NCBI RefSeq assembly: GCF_009914755.1
Contig: NC_060941.1
DNA length: 64,000 bases
Reading direction: 5' to 3' (one strand)
Source: the human T2T-CHM13v2.0 reference genome, Homo sapiens
The position numbers and the translations under genes are program-made. The notes under the pieces are model-generated. The model searched no databases, was not told where the DNA came from, and saw only the letters and a program-made list of their open reading frames with translations. This document shows positions 1 through 18,048 of the stretch, in pieces (positions within the stretch are counted from its first letter, which is position 1; the number at the start of each line of letters is the position of its first letter).

Positions 1-7
1 CACCTCA

Positions 8-472
<465 letters not shown>

Positions 473-865
473 TTATTATCTGGGAACTATCCTGATAGTT
501 AATATGTTATTCGTTTCACCCTACTCCATTCTCCCTCAAAGTTTCTAAATTCACTTGATTGTTTTGTAATCCTGTTATGGCTATGTCAGATGAGGACACA
601 TCCATCTCAGGGTCTGCATTTGGGGGCCTATACTGCTGCAGAGACCAGATAGGTTGCAGTGATACAAGCAGGTAATTGCTGGCTGGAAGAAATAGTCTCT
701 GGCAGCTAGTGCTTAAATAAAAATTGGAGTTGCTCAAAACAATCAAAATGTTGGATTGTCTATTGGCCTCAGTTTCCTTCTTCTATATACCTCCACAGGC
801 TGTCTTTGCTCTTTGTCTTTTCTCTTTTAAATTCACCCTTGGTTTTCAGTTACATAAAAATGCTA

Positions 866-1985
<1,120 letters not shown>

Positions 1986-2562
1986 AGAAGACAAAACCAC
2001 AAGACAGGATTTACCACCCTGTGCTATGTTAATGAGGAAAAAAAGGACAAAACCTTGAGGTCAGCTTTTTTAATATAGCCATTTAAAAAATAATTTTGAA
2101 TACGAAAAGAGGTAAACGTAGTCACAGATTAAGGCAAAGACAGGACTGAGAATCAAGTTGGGAGTCCACGTCCCAGGCTGTTCTAGAACATATAGTCTCT
2201 CTCTTCTTTGGGATTTGTATTCTAGATTGGAGGAGGCACGTGTAGCCATTGCCATCTGTCACTTATTTTCTCAGGCTGTCAAGCTATGTCTGATTTAGTT
2301 AAGTAAAAAGAAAATTTAAGTTCATTTTTTTTTTTCACCTGAGATGTAGGAGGAACTTCTAAAATACTGGCCTGAGAAAACCTAATCTCTCTTTGGTTAT
2401 TTCAGTAGCTCAGCTTAAGTGGAGGGCAACTTGAGTGGAGGGTTCAATGATAGGAAATACAATCTCTTCAGTATCATTCAGTGTTGCTTAAAAGGCTTAC
2501 ACATGTGTCCATCTACTGAGGGTACATGTCTGCCTCAGAAGTCAGCTCGCCAATTCTACCCA

Positions 2563-2632
2563 ATAGGTGAAGCGGTAGACATAGGTGAAGCGGTAGACAT
2601 AGGTGAAGTGGTAGACATAGGTGAAGCGGTAG
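2563..2632. repeat. Minisatellite, 18-bp unit ATAGGTGAAGCGGTAGAC x ~3.9
   Basis: Direct tandem copies with one C>T variant in copy 3. Confidence 0.97.
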
Positions 2633-2823
2633 GTTTAGGGTCAAGAGACCTGTTAGTATTGCTCCTCTGGCTGCTCTCTGTCTTTTTCTATCTAGGATCA
2701 CACGCATAGACAGAACTTAAGTAATTTTTCCTTAGAGTAGTATTAAAGTTTTAACTCATTTGCTAACCTATTGGCTAAACTGTTTAAACTATGGCCTAAA
2801 ACTTTAATAAACAAATAATATCA

Positions 2824-3138
<315 letters not shown>

Positions 3139-3768
3139 GTATATATATACACACACACACACACAATTCAGTTACAAATGATGATCATTTATAGGAGAAA
3201 AAAGGGAATTGGATGTAAAGGAAGAAGTCAGGGAGAAAGAGGACAAAGACAAATGGTAAGCAACGTAAACCCTTCTTATTTCTGTAGTTTGTGGGCTGTT
3301 TTCGTAGGCCTTCCATATTCCAATAAACACTGTATTTATCCAGCTAATTGGACTACGGAAGCAGTGTTAATCACTGCTTATTTTTCTAAGCATAGGAGGC
3401 TTGGCTCTCCTGGTGATAACCATACCAGACAACCAAAAAGAAACCGGTGCTGGGAACTAGGGAGCAGTGTGGTGAGAGCATTTCTCCAGCTGGAAGAAAT
3501 CAAGCCAGGAATAGGTCCAGCCCTGGCCAAAGGTTTTCTCCTCATGACATAAGAATATTTAGTGGCAGCTGCAGGCTGATGATTTTCCACTAGATAGGTT
3601 GTGATTTTCTCTCTTCAGAAGCAGCATTTCATTTTTCTTGAGAAGGATGAATTTCTTCTATGAAGGAGGAACTTGACTAAGGTGACCTACTTCTGTCTTT
3701 ACCAAGCAGAGAAGTGAAAAGCAGTTTTACAAGGCTCTTCATTGGGGGTTTCTGTGTTTCTTTCACAG

Positions 3769-3968
3769 AGATTGAGACAGTGAAATTGGCCCGTTCTGTC
3801 TTCAGCAAACTACACGAGATTTGCTGCAGCTGGGTGAAAGACTTCCCCCTCCGCAGGAGACCCCAGCTTTATTATGAGACATCAATCCATGCCATCAAAA
3901 ACATGCGCAGGAAAATGGAGGACAAACATGTCTGCATTCCTGACTTTAATATGCTCTTCAACCTAGAG
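3769..3968 (+). CDS. PPM1E: PPM1E coding exon (probably exon 3), 200 bp, [12 protein letters not shown]...[18 protein letters not shown]
   Basis: Acceptor tttcacag and donor GAG|gtaaag. Contains the PP2C motif-1 RRKMEDKH. Frame continues into the next exon. Confidence 0.96.
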
Positions 3969-4307
3969 GTAAAGGGCACTTTCGGAGAGTCAGTGAGATT
4001 TTAAAGACAAAACAAACACCTTCATGGTCCTGTTAGAAAAGGAAAACTTCTGTTATATTTCTAATTGTATCTCTGGTAGATTAGAGTAGGGCTAAGTGCA
4101 AAGTGGCACAAATTTGCAACAGAAAAGGAACTATTTTACGTTCTTTTGAATAGGTAATGCATTCACATGGTTCAAAATTGGGAAAATAAAAATGTCTCTT
4201 ATCCTTGCCTCCCAGGTACTCAGTTCCCTTCCATGGAGGCAAGGTAGTCTTTTGTGTCACCTTCCAGAGCTATTCTATAAACATATAAGCAAAAAAGAAA
4301 ATGATTA

Positions 4308-4455
4308 GGCTGGGTGTGGTAGCTCACGCCTGTAATCCTAGCACTTTGGGAGGCTGATACGGGAGGATTGCTTGAGACCAGGAGTTTGAGACCAGCCTGG
4401 GTGACAGACATAGTGAGACTGTCTCTTAAAAAAAAAAAAGAAAGAAAAGAAAAAA
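4308..4455 (+). mobile_element. Alu left monomer (FLAM-like)
   Basis: Single arm with A-tail. Confidence 0.85.
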
Positions 4456-5567
4456 CAATTAAAAAAAATTATATCTCAATAAAGCAGTTTTGTAAAAAAA
4501 AAAAAAAAAAAAAAAACCCAAACTATTTCTATAGTATAATCAAATGGTGTATTAAGTTCTCACATTACTATGTTGCTGAAGCAACACAAACACAAAAGGA
4601 AGATTTAAGACTGACGCAGTTTATTTCATGTGATTTTCTTTTTAAAATCTTGGTCTCTGAGATAGGAAAGTAGCTGGAATTATATTTCATAAATCTCTGT
4701 ATCTGACAAATTGGATCTATATGAGCCTTGGCAGCTTAATAACTATTTTCTTGTTATCTTTCTTTTCTTTTTCTATTAAATGTATTATGTTAATGCAAAC
4801 AAGTAGGTTTGTTTTCTTTGCCTGTCACTTGCCTCTTTTCTTCACTCAAGTCCATAACTTAAAAATTACAATGTAGTAATTTATACAAAGCACAATATTT
4901 CCTCTGTTTAGCAGCTAAATTTACATTTTAGCTGTCAAGGTCTAATCAGCAATGATGGCAGGTTGGTAATTGGTGTTTATGTTATAAAGATAGATCAGCT
5001 GATGTCTTTGTTTCTAGTACCATGGCCATGCAAATGTAACCCAGAAGGATTGTGTGATAAACAATCCTTATATCACTATACCTACTTGAAGATTATACTC
5101 ATATTTGGGGCATTGTTGTTGTTCGTTGACTTCCTTGGTTTCTGTTTTGCCTCCTAATTTCAAAATTAGCCCAAAGGACTTAACTCAGAAAGGAGAACCT
5201 TGCTATAGTGAAATAGATTTTAAGAGCAATATGGCAACACATATGTAGAACCTAATAAATTTTCACACTCTTTGATCTGGTCATTTCACTTTTAATTCTT
5301 TATTATAAGAAAATAGAAATGCAGAAAAGTCTTAGGCATGTGTTTTGTTTGACATAAATGTTTTTACAACATTGTTTATAATAAATTGAAAATTATCTAA
5401 ATCATGAAAGGGAATGATAACTATGATATGCTCATATAAGATGCATATTTTAAGCCATTTAAAACAATGTCTTTAAATAAATCTTAGTGCGATGAGGAAA
5501 TGCCAATAATAAAAATGACGAAAAGTAGGCTATAAAATGTCATGCACATTCTGATCCTAATTTCATT

Positions 5568-5579
5568 TATATATATGTG

Positions 5580-5616
<37 letters not shown>

Positions 5617-5625
5617 GGAGGGAGG
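5568..5625. repeat. (TA)n(GA)n compound microsatellite
   Basis: Read directly. Confidence 0.9.
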
Positions 5626-5782
5626 ACTGGTTATCTGTGTATGGTGGAATTATTAGTGATATTTCCTTTGTTATTAGTCTAAATTATCATACATTATTAT
5701 AATAGGGAAAACATCAGTGAATGTTTTGTGTTTTTTTAAAAAGAAGCTATCCTTTTTTTATTTTTTTAAGAAATCCACTTAG

Positions 5783-6176
<394 letters not shown>

Positions 6177-6353
6177 AGGATTATTTCTAGAGAGTTGTTT
6201 AATCCGTCCTTCATGTCATTAAAGTTGCTGAAAGAACTAGTTGTAATGTGTGTGTTAGACAAAGGTTTCATAACATTTTGGTTATTATTCTATGGACATT
6301 TATATTTGATACTTTTGTGAATGTAATATACCCTTTTAAAAGTAACTTTTTCA

Positions 6354-6520
6354 GCCAGGTGCAGTGGCTCTTGCCTGTAATCCCAGCTACTTGGGAGGCT
6401 GAGGCGGGATGATCCTTTGAGCCCAGGAATTCGAAGTTACAATGATCTGTGATCATGCCACTGTACCCTAGCCTGGGTGTCAAAGTGAGACGCTGACTCC
6501 AAAAATAAATAAATAAAAAG
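6354..6520 (+). mobile_element. Alu right monomer (FRAM-like)
   Basis: Single right arm with tail. Confidence 0.85.
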
Positions 6521-7613
6521 AACTTTTTCAAAGTACAGATATACTTGTTATTTTAGTAGCCCTTCCAAATCCCCATGAGACAGCAACTCGTCCCTGCCTA
6601 ACAGATGAGAAAACTACATGATTTGCTTAAGAATCAATGACAGGCCTGGACTCCTCTAAGGCTCTTAGAACAGAAAAAGAAGTCAAAAGACTTGCAAATG
6701 AAAATTATTACATACTGTTGCCTGAAGGGAGCTCAGGACTCAGTGCGAGTTCAGTGCGTCACAGATCTCCTAAGTGAGACAGATCTGAGATTTAAACACT
6801 TGAGCAGATGATAAAGCAGCAAACTGCTTAATGGTTGATGTGGAATCTTATGATTAGGCTTTTGTCAAGACAAAGCACAGGGTTGGAAGATCCTCCTCTG
6901 GCAGTTTACTTTGCAAGGAAATGTGAAACTAAAATCTTAGATCACGGGGTGAGGCAAAGTGGTCAGCCGCACAGGGCATTTGAGCATCTGATGTGGTTCA
7001 AGTTTGGTAAACTAGTTTAGAGATGCTGTGCTATTTGTGGTGAGAATGCAGTGTGACTGGGAATGATTTATGAAGAAGGTATTATAGTTTAGAAGTATGT
7101 TTATGCTTTCATATCTTTATATATTTTAAACTTGATTTAATTGGCCTTGTGTTGGAAGACCAGTTATTTTCTATTGTTCTCAGGTTCTAATTTTGCTATT
7201 AAAGTACTTTCATTTTGAAAAAAATCACTCAATCTGGAGCTGCTTTTGTTCAATTCCTTCTCATACCCTCCCTATCCCCCCTCCCCCAACTTGTAACAGC
7301 AATTTTGAAGCAAATGTACGTGGGTGGTTTCCATGGTACAAGACAACAACTTTCACAGAGAGAGGGCACTTCAGCTTGAGCTAATTGGGCATGACATGTT
7401 CCAGTGTTCTGGTGTGTAAACACAGATACCCTAATATTGCAGGTATTTCAGCAGTTGATCAGGCATGTTAGAGAAGGAAAACATTTAGTCTCATTATTCT
7501 GAATGACAAATGCAGTGGAGGAGAAAGGATGGGCAACAATGATGCCAGGAGATTGGTTCATTTGAATCATGCTATACCCAACTCCCATAACTGTTCTGTG
7601 TTTCTGTTGACAG

Positions 7614-7802
7614 GACCAGGAAGAACAAGCTTACTTTGCAGTGTTTGATGGCCATGGGGGAGTAGATGCTGCTATTTATGCCTCCATTCACCTCCACGTT
7701 AACTTAGTCCGCCAGGAGATGTTCCCCCATGATCCTGCTGAGGCCCTGTGCAGGGCCTTCCGGGTCACTGATGAGCGGTTTGTGCAGAAAGCAGCCAGGG
7801 AG
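7614..7802 (+). CDS. PPM1E: PPM1E coding exon (exon 4), 189 bp, [20 protein letters not shown]...KAARE
   Basis: Acceptor ttgacag and donor GAG|gtatgc. Contains the PP2C signature FAVFDGHGG. Confidence 0.97.
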
Positions 7803-10206
7803 GTATGCCCCTTTCTCATAAGTTCCAGCTAGAAATGTACTAGCTGAGCTCAATTTGGTCTGTGTGGTTAAAGGGCTATTTAGATTTTCTCTTTCTGGGC
7901 AGACATTATCCAAACTGTATTCTTGACTCACAGTATTGGATTCTGTTGTAGTTCCAATTCCCTCCTCAGGAAGAGTTTCAGGGGGTACAATGAGGTACTG
8001 TATAGAAAATCTCAAGCTGTAATTTTCTGGATTCATTTCTGTAATAACTGCTGGATTTGGCAGGTGAGTTTCATCTTTCTTTTATTCACCATTGCCTGTC
8101 AGGTTCACACCAGGACCATCTCTCTAAGCAGACTCTTGCTGACAAGATCTGGATATGGTGAATAAAACAATGGTCTAAAAAAGAAACAGAAACTGGGATT
8201 ACTTCCATACATTTGGTTCTAAATGGGTAGGCAGTGTTTTGCTGTGTATCTCTTGAGGGAAAATTCGCTTGGAGAGGGTGAATCCTTAAATGATCCTTGA
8301 GCTGATTTTTCTCTTAATAGGGAGAAAAGAAGAGCTCATGTCCTACATTGCGAAGGTTAATCAGACCTAAGTTTTTTTTACTTTGAATAAATGGCAAGGG
8401 CTCTATATTAAGGTCTAAAAGTAAAAAAATTAATCTAATTATCGTTCTGGGTATTGGTACATAATTAACTACAGTGTTCTATATTGGATTTTTAACTGGG
8501 GACGAATAAAAGAATTTTTAATTTTTAAAAATAATTACAGAAGTAGATACAGACAAAAAATAAGACTCCTGCCCTGTGACTTAAACATTAACTCTTTTTA
8601 AAATGGGCTTGGAGAGATCAGGGTAATCATTTAATCCATTTTTTGATAGCATAGTTATGCTACAAGCAATAATGGGGCTTAGAATTAATGAAACAATAAC
8701 TCAGACCTATTTGGTATTAAGAAAGAGAATTATTCTTCATCTCTCCCCTCCCCTAAGTTTGGATTAATATGCAAATCCAACAGTAACCAGTAGAGTCCAC
8801 ACAAAGAGGTGGGTCTGGAGAATAAAGCCACTCTTGACCTCAGAGCTCCAGTCTCTTGAGGACCTGCATTCTGCTTGGCTCTGCCTCTCTTGAAGCTGTG
8901 GGCTTTTATCATCTGAGTCGAGGACAAGGGCCGGCCCCTGAGAGGTGACCCGTAATCATCAATGTGAAACAAAGAGATTCACTCTGTCTTCTTCATCCTC
9001 TATTCTATTCTTTTTTTCCTCTGTCTTCTCAAAATTATGTGTTGTTGTTGTTGTTGTTGTTTTCTGACCATGTTTACCTCATTTGTTTTGTCAGTGACCC
9101 TGGTGTCTCTCAGTTCTGCCAATAGTTCTGAATAATTTAGGTTTGTCTCAGCGCCCCTTTTCTCCTTCTTATGCTTCCATGTGCTGCTAACTGCTGGGAA
9201 GAAAACAGCTATTCCTGTTATGAAGCAGCCCTGCCTCCTGTTCTCTCCAGGGCATATGCACTGAAGTGTGTTTATCATGTGTTCTAGGGGGCTGAGTTTT
9301 TGAACATTCTGTGTGGGAAGACATTTTATTGGTGGGTGAGGATTTATAACAAACTTTCCCTATATAGGGAAAACGAGAAGTTGTTTTTCTCATTGGATAC
9401 AAGAGACCTTTTACCACCCCTGACGCATTGGTTCTAATTTAGGCCAGGTCCTTAGTAACAGAAAGTCATGCTCATTTGGTGGTGACTCATGTCAAATGGG
9501 GATGTCATTTTCGTATAGTAGGACCAAGAGCTTTAAGTACAGTCGTAGCTACTGCAGTGAAATTCCAGGCTGTTAGTTCTTTATGCAATGTTCCAAAAGC
9601 AAAGACCCCTAAAAATACTGTAGGAAGGATATTTTTTTAAAGGTATAAGCATCTTAGTACTCCAGGGAACGTAAGCTGTCTCTTGGCCCCTTAGCTTAAT
9701 TTCCAGAGATTAGAGCATCTGTTGTGTACCAATCAGATGTTTTATATATCATTTTATACAGCTAGGACTCTCCCACTGAACAAATACGATGTCAGTAATG
9801 AAATGGAGAGCAGAATATAGAAATTTTTACTCTGAGGATTGGTATAGAGGATTTAGTGCTTGACTGGGAGGAAAAAGAATTTCAATTCTGTCTTATATAC
9901 TAATAGTTACCTGCCCTTGGGCAAGTCACATAACCTGCCATAGTTTTCTTATCTATATTTAAAGTGGAATTAATAATCATCCTCGCCCTGCATATCACAG
10001 ATCAGGTGGACTTATGTGTGTATATACACATAAATACATACATGCATATACAAATGCATTGAGACAATGAATTATTATATATGTGTGAAATTCCATTATT
10101 AATAGTATAGCTCCCAGCTGAAAAGCTTAATTATAAATTGCTTCTCAATAAGAATGTAGTATCTATTTCTTTTCACTGAGTCTAGTTTTATTTAAACTGT
10201 TTTCAG

Positions 10207-10350
10207 AGCTTAAGATGTGGGACCACAGGAGTGGTGACTTTCATCAGAGGCAACATGCTACATGTGGCCTGGGTGGGTGATTCCCAGGTTATGCTTGTGA
10301 GAAAGGGCCAAGCTGTTGAACTAATGAAGCCACACAAACCAGACAGAGAG
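10207..10350 (+). CDS. PPM1E: PPM1E coding exon (exon 5), 144 bp, [15 protein letters not shown]...AWVGDSQ...HKPDRE
   Basis: Acceptor ttttcag and donor GAG|gtaagt. PP2C motifs GTT, VGDS and HKP. Confidence 0.97.
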
Positions 10351-10408
10351 GTAAGTATGGTCTGTTTTAATAGAGCCCATGCTCTAGTTATTAGTTTAGA
10401 TTTTCTAG

Positions 10409-10735
<327 letters not shown>

Positions 10736-10906
10736 TAATTATTACAATTATTGCTATCACATCAGCAACTGTGCCCACCCTCCAATGGAGAAACAAAGAG
10801 AACCTTTTCATGAGCTGATGAGTATTATATCTGTTGTTTACTGTTAAAGTAAATGAATAAATCCTGAATCCAGTTATTTGCTTCTTTTTATTGCATTGCT
10901 GTTTAG

Positions 10907-11000
10907 GATGAAAAGCAGAGAATTGAGGCCCTTGGAGGTTGCGTAGTCTGGTTTGGTGCCTGGAGGGTGAATGGAAGTCTGTCGGTTTCCAGAGCTATTG
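10907..11000 (+). CDS. PPM1E: PPM1E coding exon (exon 6), 94 bp, [31 protein letters not shown](G)
   Basis: Acceptor gtttag and donor TTG|gtagga. PP2C motif RVNGxLxVSRAIG. Not in the ORF track; translated by hand. Confidence 0.97.
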
Positions 11001-11211
11001 GTAGGAAAAACAAATTTTTGTTTCTCCAAACTGTCCTCTTCTAGCTCATTCTCCTGTATCAACTCTGATACAGGGAACCTGAGATGATAATTTATGTTAC
11101 CAGAATGCTTATTATTCTTTAAAATAATAATTGGATAACGTCTCTTTTAATTGTTTGATTTAGTTAAACCTGTACATTTATATACTTAAATTCCATTATT
11201 GAAAGAGAACT

Positions 11212-12220
<1,009 letters not shown>

Positions 12221-13589
12221 TCATAGTGTTTCTCATTTCATTGCATTTTGGGTCAAATCAGTATTTTTCAGAGAATGGAAGCCTTTCTCCGTATTTTATC
12301 CACATTCATTTTGTTTATGCCTCTAAATTATTTCCATGAATTTTAAAATGACATAAATAACAGAATAAGTTGATAGGAAAAGCATTGTGCTTTTTATATG
12401 AAAACTACTTTCTGTATGTGGAATACAGTCACCTGTCAGATAACCCTGGAGTTTCAAAGAACCCTATATCCCTGGGACTTAAATTTTTCAAAAGAAGGGA
12501 AAGTCAATGAAACTCGGTCTAAAACGTAGAGATTAAACAGCTAAGTTGGCTGGACAAAATACAAGGGTATAAGTTCAAAGAATTAAGCTATTTCTGTCTT
12601 TGTCTCACTTTGGGCCCTGGGTTTATTATTTTAGGCTTCATGGCTTAGCTTCACTTCCTGTTTTTTTAAAAAAGAATAAATCAATATGTATATCTATATG
12701 GGTGATATGTACATTACATGTATACTGCAGTTTTTAATCTCTGCTTCCCTAAAGAAATGAAGTAATTAGACATGGTTGGAATTCACATCTAGTCTCAAAA
12801 TTTAGTTAAAAATTACCAAAAATTCCAGAACATGAAGAAAATCTGAAAGGATTTAGCTTTCACCACTGATTTGAGTTCCTCCCACTCTTTGGGAAGGTGC
12901 TAGCAAGCTGTGAAGTGGCCCAAATATGAGTAGAAAGCTGAAAGAGAAATAGCTAAAAGAGTCTACAAATACCTCCTGAAAAATTGAGATTTGGCTTGAC
13001 CTTAGACTGGAGGGAATTATTAGGAACTCTAGAATAAGGCCAAAAAGGGGAAATGTCTCATTTCTAAAATATACCCTTATATGGAATTATTATTATTATT
13101 ATTGGTGGGGAAAAGTCTTTATCATGCACATTGTAGGTTTAGCAGGACCCACTACCCATCAAATGCTACCCTTGACTGAAAATCACCGAACCAGAGGACT
13201 ATACTATCTGTGGAACCAATTTACGTTAATGATCATTATATGAGTGCTTGAGTGGCCAGTGAATTAGGTTTACAACTCAAACCAAACACCTATTTCTCCT
13301 GATCTGACCTTTGTCAGAGGATTGAGGATCATCTTTAATACTTGTTACAGAACTAACTTAATAGAGAATACCAGCTTCTTCTTCTAAAAGGGAAAACCAA
13401 AGCAGGGAAGAATGTCCCTTAATAAGTGACAATCTCAGAGAAAAGGCTGGGTATGGCAGCCAGCACTGTGGAAGGCCAAGGAGGGAGGAATGCCTGAGCC
13501 CAGGATTTTGAGACCAACCTGGGCAACATAGTGATACCTCATCTCTATTTTAATAATAAAAAATAAACAATCTAAGAGTGGATAAGGGA

Positions 13590-14450
13590 GACTTCATACA
13601 TAGAGTGACTTTTGAGTTGAATGTGGAGGATAATGTGCTGGGAAGGAAATCCCTACACAGGTAGAGGGAAATATAAATACACAGGGGTTTGAAAAGGCAT
13701 GGCATGTTTTAGGAAAAGCAACAAGTCCAGGAGGTTAGAGCAGAGATGGGAGTGGTAGATTAGCAGTGTTGGTGCCAGATTGCAAAGGGCCTTATGTGCG
13801 AGGCTAAGTAGTCTGGACTTTACCAGGTGAATACGCAGAGGGGCCACAGGGTCAGCTTTGTATTTATAAAGATATTTGTATGGAAGCTGGGCTAGAGTAG
13901 AAAGAGCCTGGCTGGGAGACATTCATACAGTTTGTTACAGAGATGAGGAGAGCTAAAAAGGAATATGGAGGAGGGTATCAACTGATGAGATGGATTGGTT
14001 GGTGGGAAAACCTACTAATCAACAAACAATCTGGCACTGGAAATAGGCAGTAACATAAAGGAGCAAGTGTAGATTTAGTTTCTTGGGCAGTTTGATGGTG
14101 AAGGGGAGAAAGGAAATAGTGTGGTGGCTTAAGGCAAAAGCTGATTCAGGAAAGGGTTCCTTTTTATTGTTTCTATTTTTAGGACGAGGAGATTTTAGAT
14201 TTGAGCATGTTTGTAGGACAAGGAAGAGAGCAAGTAGAGGAGAAATTGAAGACGAGAGAGTAGAGAAGCCAGAGCAGCACAGGCTCACTGTTAGGATGGG
14301 AAAAGGACACTGCTTACCCTGAGAAAATGGTAGCTGATATGGGAGAATCTCTACAGATTAAACAGTGCATGTGTGGCAAGGGTGGGAGGGGAATTGAGAA
14401 AATTCAAGCCTGATCAACTTGTCTTTGAAGTAGGAAATTAGGCCATTTAC
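13590..14450 (-). mobile_element. Old L2 LINE fragments
   Basis: Purine-rich L2-like phrases (ggcatgtttaggaaaagcaa, agggccttatgtgcgaggctaag). Highly diverged. Confidence 0.55.
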
Positions 14451-15237
14451 CAAAATCCAGTAGCTTAAGTGGATGAGGGAGTTGAAGAATTTGAGAAAGA
14501 ATTGGAAACCACATGGAATAAAATGGGGGGCTGCAAAAGGACAAGAAAAAGGACTCCTGGGCAGAGTTCAGCTCTACTCAGGAAAGAAATGATACTTATA
14601 AAAATGAAAAGGTTTTCAACAGTTTCTCCCCATGAGCCCTTCAGATTTATGATCCAAAGTTGACAGAGGCATGATATGTTTCCTAACATATGGAGAGAAG
14701 AGGTTGAAGACAAAAGGATGTTGCCATTTCTACGATGAAATGGATATTCATGCCCTCCTACCAAATTTGGGGGCGAAATGTCATGAATTTGACACCCAAC
14801 AGTAGAGCAGGTGAAAAGCCAGAACTTTGGCAGCATTTTCTCTGTACAAATCTTTGTATGTTCTGTTCCAAACTAACAGTTGCAGCAGTCTTTTAATTGA
14901 AGCACTAAAACAAGATTTTTGGGAACAGTGTGACTCAGATCACATTTATTTTTAGAGGCGGAATTCAAAAAATAATAATGATGATAATCATATAGTCAGG
15001 TAGAATAGGGGATGGGAACTTTAGTAAATTGGTGAAGGACACTGAATCCCATATTGGATTTTATTTATTATTTATTTTTAAATATCTTTTAAATTTTTGC
15101 ATTTTCTGCTTAAATAGATTGAGTTTTAATGAGCTCTAACAGGCTATGGAGGCACCTTAGCATATAAGTGAAGTTGATTAAATCAAAAGCATGCTTGGGA
15201 AAGATGGTTTTGACTCCTGTAAGAAATAATGAATGAG

Positions 15238-16824
<1,587 letters not shown>

Positions 16825-18048
16825 CTATTTGGTTACCTCATAGGCTAAGGACCCTTTTGCTGCACTCTCACAAGGTACCTAAAGGAATGTAATCAATGTA
16901 AACAATGAATGGATTTGGAAGTGCTCTGGATCTGAAAGCCCTAAATGATCAATTATCTCAGTAGTCTGGTGATAGAAACCTAGTTTAGTGTGGTCCCAAG
17001 GTCTGCAGTCTCGCTCCTACCCCAAGCACCCTACTCTCCAACTGTACATTACTCCCTAACAGTTGCCTCTGCCTTTGCTTATCCTGTTCCCTCAATTGAG
17101 GCAACTTCTCTGCCTGGTGATAACTAACTTACCCTTCAGGACCAGCTCAGATGTCATTCTGTGAGAGGACGAAGCTAAGCAAGAAAAGGAAGAGAGAAAG
17201 GCCCAGAAAGACCTTGGGTTCTCACAGTTGTTAATGAGTGGGGAAATGCACAATAACAATAAAGACAGAAGTGGGGCGATGAGCAGAGCCATATGAAGAA
17301 TATGGCAGTCTCTAAATATAAGAGAAAAATGGCCATACATTTTGTCTGTTCTCTAGAAGTTACAGGTAAAGCACCACTAAAAAATAGAAAGCCAAGTGGG
17401 TTGGGAATCAAGAAAACTGCATTCAGCTCCCATGTGTGAGGCCTTGGGTCAGCCACATAACTCCTCCTGGCTTAAGGGAGTTAGACTTGATTTATAAAAT
17501 CTCGTGTAACTCAAACCTTCCTTCGTGCTCGCAGCATGAAGCTATTTATTGATTTCTAAACAAGAATAGAACAAAAATTATTTAATGAAGAGAATGATCA
17601 GAGCTTTGGTTTGCTTCTTTCAATGTGGACTTGTTTTCAAATTTCAATTAAATCAAAACCACCTGCAAAAGAACAGATCTACTGAATCAACCATGTCTTC
17701 CTACACAGTGTACTGAATTTTTCAGTACAGCAACAAACTTTTAGATCTGACATTGTTGTTACACTCAGCTAAGCCTAAATCATAGCCAGAGGTGCAGATT
17801 CAGAGTCTAAGCTAGGTAAGGACTTATGCCCAGTAACTAGCAATTATTTAACTGGGAGTAAGGAGTAAGCAGATCTGATTACCAGAGAATTTAAGTATTT
17901 TGTCAAAAACTATTTTATAAATTCTTTCCAGTCAAGTCAGTTCACAATCCAGTAAGCTGTGATCAGAGTCATGGCATTGGTCATAAACGTTCTTAGCATG
18001 CAAGGTAAAACAAATGCTAATGATGCCCCTACACTCTGCTTCCCGCAG

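Noticed and set aside
2419-2709. ORF with IGEAVD repeats, and a possible CRISPR-like array
   Set aside because: A simple 18-bp tandem repeat with no unique spacers and no cas genes. The frame stays open only because the unit is a multiple of 3.
3178-3552. 124-aa plus-strand ORF upstream of PPM1E exon 3
   Set aside because: No homology that I recognise and no link to the PPM1E frame.
14465-14836. 123-aa minus-strand ORF in a PPM1E intron
   Set aside because: No recognisable domain or convincing splice sites; length compatible with chance.
17709-17729. 9-bp perfect hairpin TGTACTGAA-ttt-TTCAGTACA
   Set aside because: Short isolated inverted repeats of this size are expected by chance in 64 kb.
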